From: Longimicrobiales bacterium
Lineage (GTDB): Bacteria > Gemmatimonadota > Gemmatimonadetes > Longimicrobiales > Gaopeijiaceae
Direction of reading: 5' to 3'
Length of the DNA stretch: 64,000 nucleotides
Assembly: GCA_965226375.1 (NCBI GenBank)
Contig: CBDDCX010000008.1
Location: 2,176,001-2,240,000 of the forward strand
Position numbers and translations under genes: made by a program. This document shows positions 59,255 through 64,000 of the stretch, piece by piece; the stretch's first letter is position 1, and every line of letters begins with the position of its first letter. The notes under the pieces were generated by a model. That model was not told the origin of the DNA. It did not search any database and saw only the letters and a list, made by a program, of their open reading frames with translations.

Positions 59255-59611
59255 CTAGACCTCGGCTCCGGTCGTCTCTTCGAGCCGCTCATCCAGACGG
59301 CCCAGAAGACCGTGCGACATGGACCGGAATATCCGAACGGCCTCGCCCAGAGCTTCCAGTCCCAAAGGCTCGAGTCGATAGAGACGCTTGCGACGCCCCC
59401 CTCGCTCCGCGGTCGGATCACCCACCCACGAGTGCACCAGCCCCTGGTCACGGAGGCGATCGAGAACGGTGTAGACCGCCCCGGACGAGACGGTGCGTCC
59501 CGTCCGTTCCTCGATCGCGTGGCGAATCGAGACACCGTAGGCCTCCTCACTCTCCAACTGGAGGAGGGCAAAGAGGACGGACTGCTCGAATTCCCCTAGG
59601 GTCTTGGGCAT
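59255..59611 (-). CDS. padR: PadR-family transcriptional regulator
   Basis: LGEFEQSVL, AYGVSI, GAVYTVLDRL, RGGRRKRLY. Confidence 0.9.
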   Translation of the reverse strand: MPKTLGEFEQSVLFALLQLESEEAYGVSIRHAIEERTGRTVSSGAVYTVLDRLRDQGLVHSWVGDPTAERGGRRKRLYRLEPLGLEALGEAVRIFRSMSHGLLGRLDERLEETTGAEV

Positions 59612-59630
59612 GATATCGCCGGGCTAAGAA

Positions 59631-59675
59631 CTACAGTGTAACATAAATCGGAGAACCATTAGTACTACAGCGTAG
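59631..59675. promoter_or_regulatory. Two near-palindromic boxes upstream of the second padR
   Basis: CTACAGTGTAA (59631-41) and CTACAGCGTAG (59665-75). Confidence 0.5.
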
Positions 59676-59769
59676 GGGATGTGTCAACGGACCGCAGCGA
59701 TACGCTGCGAGCATACCCCTCCGGCGATGCCCGTCGCTACTACAGCCCCCCCCCCCCCCGACAGCTCGG

Positions 59770-61050
59770 CTACCGACCGTACCGATCGTAGGGGACCAAC
59801 CGCCCTTCTGCCCGCAACCGCGCCGCGGTCTCCTCCATGCCGTGCATGGCTCGGAGCAGGTTCAACCCGGCAATCTTCTTGAGCTCGCCCTCGGTGTACC
59901 CCCGGCTAAGTAGCTCGGCAAAGAGGTTCGGGTACGTGGTCAGGTCCTCCAAGCCGACGGACATCGCGTCGGGCGCGTCGGTGTAGTAGTCCGATCCGAT
60001 CCCGATGTGATCGATGCCGGCCACGTCGCGGATGTTGTCGATGTGGTTGGCCACGTCGGCCACCGTGCCCCTGGGCTTCGGATTCCGCTGGTCCCAGGCC
60101 GCCAGCCGGCGGTCGATCTCGGCCACGTCGTTCAGTTCCGCCCGCAGGCGTTCGGCCTCGGCCAGGCGAGCCTCCACCCAGGCGGGGCCGTCGGGGGCGA
60201 TGAAGTCGGCGATGAAGTTGACCATCACCACACCGCCGTTGGCGGGCATCAACGCGAGGACGTCGTCAGGCACGTTCCTCGGATGTGGATTGAGGGCCCG
60301 AGAGCTCGAGTGTGAGAAGATGACCGGGGCTTCGGTCACCCGGAGCGCATCCTTCATCGCCTCGGCGCTCACGTGCGATATGTCCACGAACATACCGATC
60401 CGGTTCATCTCCCTCACGATCCGTTCACCGAGCTCACTGAGTCCGTTGTGGATCGGGTAGTCCGTTGTGGCGTCCGCCCAGTCGTTGGTCGCGCTGTGGG
60501 TGAGCGTCATGTAACGCACGCCCAACTGGTGGAACATGCGAAGGGCCGACAGGGAGTTCTGGATCGCGTGGCCGCCCTCGAACCCAATCAGTGAGGCGAT
60601 GCGCAGCCCCTCGCGATGGATGCGCTCGATATCGTCCGCAGTGGTCGCGAACTCCAGATCGTCCGGATAACGCTCCACGATTCGGTAGACCATGTCGATG
60701 GAACGCAGGGCGTGTCTCAGCGACGCCCCTGTTCGCATCGAGTCGACGGCCACATAAGCGGACCAGAACTGGGCCCCCACCTGTCCCTGCCGCAGACGCG
60801 GAATATCCGCAGAAAGACGCGGTGCGGTCTCATTGAGATCGACTCGGCCGGCATCCCCGGCGAGCACCTCCTGGATGCTGTAGACCAGGTCGTTGTGCGT
60901 ATCGATGAGAGGGACCTCAGCGAGGATCGCCCTGGCCTGAGCGAGCAGCGCGGCATCGGGAGGATCCCAGCGCTCCTGGGCCTCGACCTCGGACCGAAGC
61001 GGACCGGCCACGGCAAGCACGAACAGAACGAACAGGATCTGACGAAACAT
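59770..61050 (-). CDS. Membrane dipeptidase (peptidase M19)
   Basis: IDTHND, GAQFWSAY, EGGH, RYMTLTH, VDISHVS, FSHSS, HIGIGSD. Confidence 0.95.
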   Translation of the reverse strand: MFRQILFVLFVLAVAGPLRSEVEAQERWDPPDAALLAQARAILAEVPLIDTHNDLVYSIQEVLAGDAGRVDLNETAPRLSADIPRLRQGQVGAQFWSAYVAVDSMRTGASLRHALRSIDMVYRIVERYPDDLEFATTADDIERIHREGLRIASLIGFEGGHAIQNSLSALRMFHQLGVRYMTLTHSATNDWADATTDYPIHNGLSELGERIVREMNRIGMFVDISHVSAEAMKDALRVTEAPVIFSHSSSRALNPHPRNVPDDVLALMPANGGVVMVNFIADFIAPDGPAWVEARLAEAERLRAELNDVAEIDRRLAAWDQRNPKPRGTVADVANHIDNIRDVAGIDHIGIGSDYYTDAPDAMSVGLEDLTTYPNLFAELLSRGYTEGELKKIAGLNLLRAMHGMEETAARLRAEGRLVPYDRYGR

Positions 61051-61144
61051 GACGTACCTCCACCTTGGAGTTCGGCGTACCCACAACCGCTGGCGCGCCG
61101 AGTGATTCTAGGGTGCGACCCGCCCCTGTGCACCGGCCTGGGAG

Positions 61145-61798
61145 TTGCTTCTATTGAATCCACGCTTGTCTCTTCATTGTCCCAGGATTCACGAAGACCG
61201 AGGGCGGCCCACGATCACAACCCCGACGAACCCTGCTGACAGAGGACCTCTGAGCGCCGAGGAACACGACACGCTCCGGATGGCCAACGAGGGTCTGAAC
61301 AAGCGGATCCTCGGCGCGGCGAAGCTTGCGACCGTCAACGGGTGGAGCCTTGCCGTCTTCGGAGGCCTGTCCGTAATGGTCGGGCTCATCAGCCTCACGA
61401 GTCTGGTGATCGGCGCGGGGCTGCTCGCCTTCGCCTGGAACGAGTTCCGGGGCCGAGCTCTTCTCCGGAAGCTCGATCTCGACGGGCCCAGGATCTTGGC
61501 GTGGAACCAGATCGGCCTGGCCGGCGGCGTGTTCGTATATTGCGCCTGGAGCTCCTATCGGGTGTGGGGGAGTCAAGGGGAAGAACTCGCGCTGCTCGAG
61601 GTCGCCCTGGGTGTCTCTCCGGAAGATGTGGCGCTCCTGACAGTCTTGGTCTACACCATCGTGTTCGTGGTGACGGGGCTCGTGCTGGCCGTCACCGCAC
61701 GCTACCACTTCGTTCGCTTGAGGCGTCTTGAACAGTACCTCGGGGAGACGCCGGAGTGGGTCGTCGACATCCAGCGGTCTATGGCGCGGCCCGGCTAG
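61145..61798 (+). CDS. Hypothetical membrane protein
   Basis: Four hydrophobic segments; start uncertain. Confidence 0.6.
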   Translation: MLLLNPRLSLHCPRIHEDRGRPTITTPTNPADRGPLSAEEHDTLRMANEGLNKRILGAAKLATVNGWSLAVFGGLSVMVGLISLTSLVIGAGLLAFAWNEFRGRALLRKLDLDGPRILAWNQIGLAGGVFVYCAWSSYRVWGSQGEELALLEVALGVSPEDVALLTVLVYTIVFVVTGLVLAVTARYHFVRLRRLEQYLGETPEWVVDIQRSMARPG

Positions 61799-61852
61799 GG
61801 GGGCCGGGACCCGCCAGCTAGCGCTCGAGGTTGGCGTCACGCATTGTGGCGC

Positions 61853-62902
61853 ATGAACCCCGCCGACCCGCGAATCCTCTCGTTGGCTACCGCCTACCCA
61901 CCGCACGTCCTCGATCAGCGTGAGGTGGCCCAGGCCGCAGGGGGGCTCTTTTCCGACGACTTCTCAGACTTCAGTCGTCTGGTGCCCATCTTCGAACACG
62001 CCGGCATCGAGACCCGCCACTCCTGTGTACCGATGGAGTGGTACCTCGAACCGCACGATTTCACCGAGCGGAACCGCATCTATTTGGAGAACGCTGTGGA
62101 TCTCCTGGAGCGGACCGCCGTGGACTGCCTGCAGGAGGCGGGACTGTCCGCCGAGGACATCGACATGATCGTGACGGTCTCCAGCTCGGGCATCGCCACG
62201 CCCAGCCTGGACGCGCTCCTCATGGCCAGGATGCCCTTGCGCAGTGACGTGGGCCGTCTGCCGATCTTCGGGCTAGGGTGCGCGGGCGGCGTCTTGGGGC
62301 TGTCCCGGGCGGCGGCCCTCTGCCAGGCCCATCCCGGCTCCAGGATCCTGTTCCTCGTGGTGGAACTGTGTGGCCTCACGTTCCGCCATGGTGATCGCTC
62401 GATGAGCAACGTCGTAGCGACCGCCCTCTTCGGTGATGGAGCGGGCGGCGCCATCCTCTCCAGTGAGGGTGAGGGTCCCGCCGTTACCGGTTGGGGCGAG
62501 CATTGTTTTCCGGACTCTCTCGGGGTGATGGGTTGGGATGTACGGAACGACGGGCTGGCGGTCCTTTTCTCACGTCACATTCCGACCATCGTTCGAGATG
62601 AAATGGGACCCGTGGCACGCGAGTTCCTGAAGAAGCACGGTTTGGGGCTGGAGGACGTGTCGAGGTTCGTCTGTCACCCGGGCGGCGCCAAGGTGATCGA
62701 CGCCCTGGAGGAGATCTTCGAAGTGGGAGAGGGGGGATTGGCGGACAGCCGGGCGGTGCTTCGCGAGCACGGCAACATGTCGGCCGTTACGGTCATGTTC
62801 GTGCTCGAGCACGCTCTGAACGATGGGGCCCAGGGGCACCTTCTGCTGTCCTCTTTGGGACCGGGTTTTACGGCCGCCTTCGCGCTCGTCGATGTCCCAT
62901 GA
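61853..62902 (+). CDS. Type III polyketide synthase
   Basis: Catalytic triad GLGCAGG, CHPGG, GNMS; LFGDGA; GPGF. Confidence 0.95.
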   Translation: MNPADPRILSLATAYPPHVLDQREVAQAAGGLFSDDFSDFSRLVPIFEHAGIETRHSCVPMEWYLEPHDFTERNRIYLENAVDLLERTAVDCLQEAGLSAEDIDMIVTVSSSGIATPSLDALLMARMPLRSDVGRLPIFGLGCAGGVLGLSRAAALCQAHPGSRILFLVVELCGLTFRHGDRSMSNVVATALFGDGAGGAILSSEGEGPAVTGWGEHCFPDSLGVMGWDVRNDGLAVLFSRHIPTIVRDEMGPVAREFLKKHGLGLEDVSRFVCHPGGAKVIDALEEIFEVGEGGLADSRAVLREHGNMSAVTVMFVLEHALNDGAQGHLLLSSLGPGFTAAFALVDVP

Positions 62903-63426
62903 CGCTGGGCGTTGTCGAGTGGGTGGTGGCGCTCGTGGCGCTCCAACGCCTGGTCGAGCTGGGCTGGTCGCGGCGTAACGAGAAGGGGCTGCTCGCGCGG
63001 GGCGGGAGGGAGGTCGGCGCGCGGCACTACCCCCTTCTGGTCCTTCTCCACGCAGGCTGGCTGGTGAGCCTGTTGGTCTTCGCACCGCGCGGCGCCGTGA
63101 GCCCCATACTGCTCGGCGCGTTCGTCGCTCTACAGGCCGGACGTCTCTGGGTTATCACCACCCTGGGGCCATACTGGACGACCCGGGTCATCACGGTGGC
63201 CGACGCTCCGCTGATCCGCACCGGGCCTTACCGCTGGCTCAGACATCCCAACTACTGGATTGTGGTGGGAGAGATCGCGCTGCTTCCGGCGGCCTTCGGT
63301 GCCTATGCTGTGGCGGTGGTGTTTTCGATCCTGAACGCCGTCCTGTTGCTGTATCGCGTCCGGGTGGAGGAGGGCGCCCTGACAGAACGTCGACAAACGC
63401 CATCGGGGACGACAGACGACTCGTAG
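62899..63426 (+). CDS. Isoprenylcysteine carboxyl methyltransferase family (SrsB/BpsB-like)
   Basis: QRLVEL..SRRN, HY, LG.YWTTRV, GPYRWLRHPNY, RVRVEE; overlaps the PKS stop. Confidence 0.9.
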   Translation: MTLGVVEWVVALVALQRLVELGWSRRNEKGLLARGGREVGARHYPLLVLLHAGWLVSLLVFAPRGAVSPILLGAFVALQAGRLWVITTLGPYWTTRVITVADAPLIRTGPYRWLRHPNYWIVVGEIALLPAAFGAYAVAVVFSILNAVLLLYRVRVEEGALTERRQTPSGTTDDS

Positions 63427-63444
63427 TGACCCGCCGACCGTGGT

Positions 63445-63978
63445 TCAACAAGAATTCCGTGCGTAGCGAAGCGAGAACGCAGGTTCGGGCGACTCCACAT
63501 CACCATAGACGTGTGCGATGAGGGAGTCCGGTGACGCGTGTAAATACTCGATCGCTTGTGGGAAGTCGTGCTGCGGATTCTCGAATCGAAGGAGTGTTGC
63601 CGAAACCTCAGTCGCCCGGAAGTCTGCCGGGCTCTGTCCAGACGGATAAGCCGAAAACGTGAGGTCGCCGTCCTTTTGATGCAGTACCACCAACTCGTAC
63701 CCTCGGGCCACGCCGCCGCGGACACTGCGCGACATCCCCACCATCATTCCACCCTCCGGTGCCATCCAGATCTCATCCGTGCGGGACTGACCGGACGTGG
63801 CCACCCAGCACCCCGCGAGCCAAGCAGCGGTGTCCACAGCATCCTGGGCTCGGGCCCCGATTGGCGTAAGAGCAAGCAGCAGGAGAGCCCACACGGGGTG
63901 CAGCACCGATCCAAAGGTGGGCGTCCGCAGCTCCAGGTTTCTCGGCAGTAGGTCCATGAATCCACGATAGACTCGCAC
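63445..63978 (-). CDS. DUF6265-like secreted protein
   Basis: WLAGCW, E.WMAP.GG.M.GMSR, PSGQ, FENPQHDFPQ.I.Y. Confidence 0.75.
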   Translation of the reverse strand: MRVYRGFMDLLPRNLELRTPTFGSVLHPVWALLLLALTPIGARAQDAVDTAAWLAGCWVATSGQSRTDEIWMAPEGGMMVGMSRSVRGGVARGYELVVLHQKDGDLTFSAYPSGQSPADFRATEVSATLLRFENPQHDFPQAIEYLHASPDSLIAHVYGDVESPEPAFSLRYARNSC

Positions 63979-64000
63979 ATGGCCCCCGCAACAGGAGCTG

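Noticed and set aside
59746..59759. C14 tract (also C9 at 38466, G9 at 32874) as phase-variation switches
   Set aside because: Intergenic, not demonstrably within promoter spacers; lengths unreliable

Overview
GC-rich bacterial window. The gene content (PadR plus ADOP-type ABC permeases, SusC/SusD, an ECF sigma factor with a Ser/Thr kinase, pilin-like, DUF3604, NHL and PQQ proteins) suggests Gemmatimonadota or a similar lineage; this is inference only. It is an accessory, heavily rearranged region of about 50 genes and gene fragments. It carries seven IS copies: two IS481-like, one IS3, one IS110/IS1111, two near-identical IS1595 and one IS256. Three of these are nested (IS1595 inside IS256 inside IS481). 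There are remnants of integron gene cassettes with no integrase in the window, many truncated or frameshifted genes, an amino-acid ABC transporter operon with an embedded amidohydrolase-like gene, and a type III PKS plus methyltransferase pair. The best lead is an IS1111-architecture IS110-family element (33703-35274) inserted exactly at the AAC/GTT core of an integron cassette boundary. Its 400-bp right non-coding end contains, in the expected order, short matches to the target (CCTAAC) and to its own donor end (ATAGAAC), i.e. a candidate bridge/seekRNA programmed against attC core sites. No rRNA, tRNA or CRISPR array was seen. All family calls are by eye from motifs, not from database searches.
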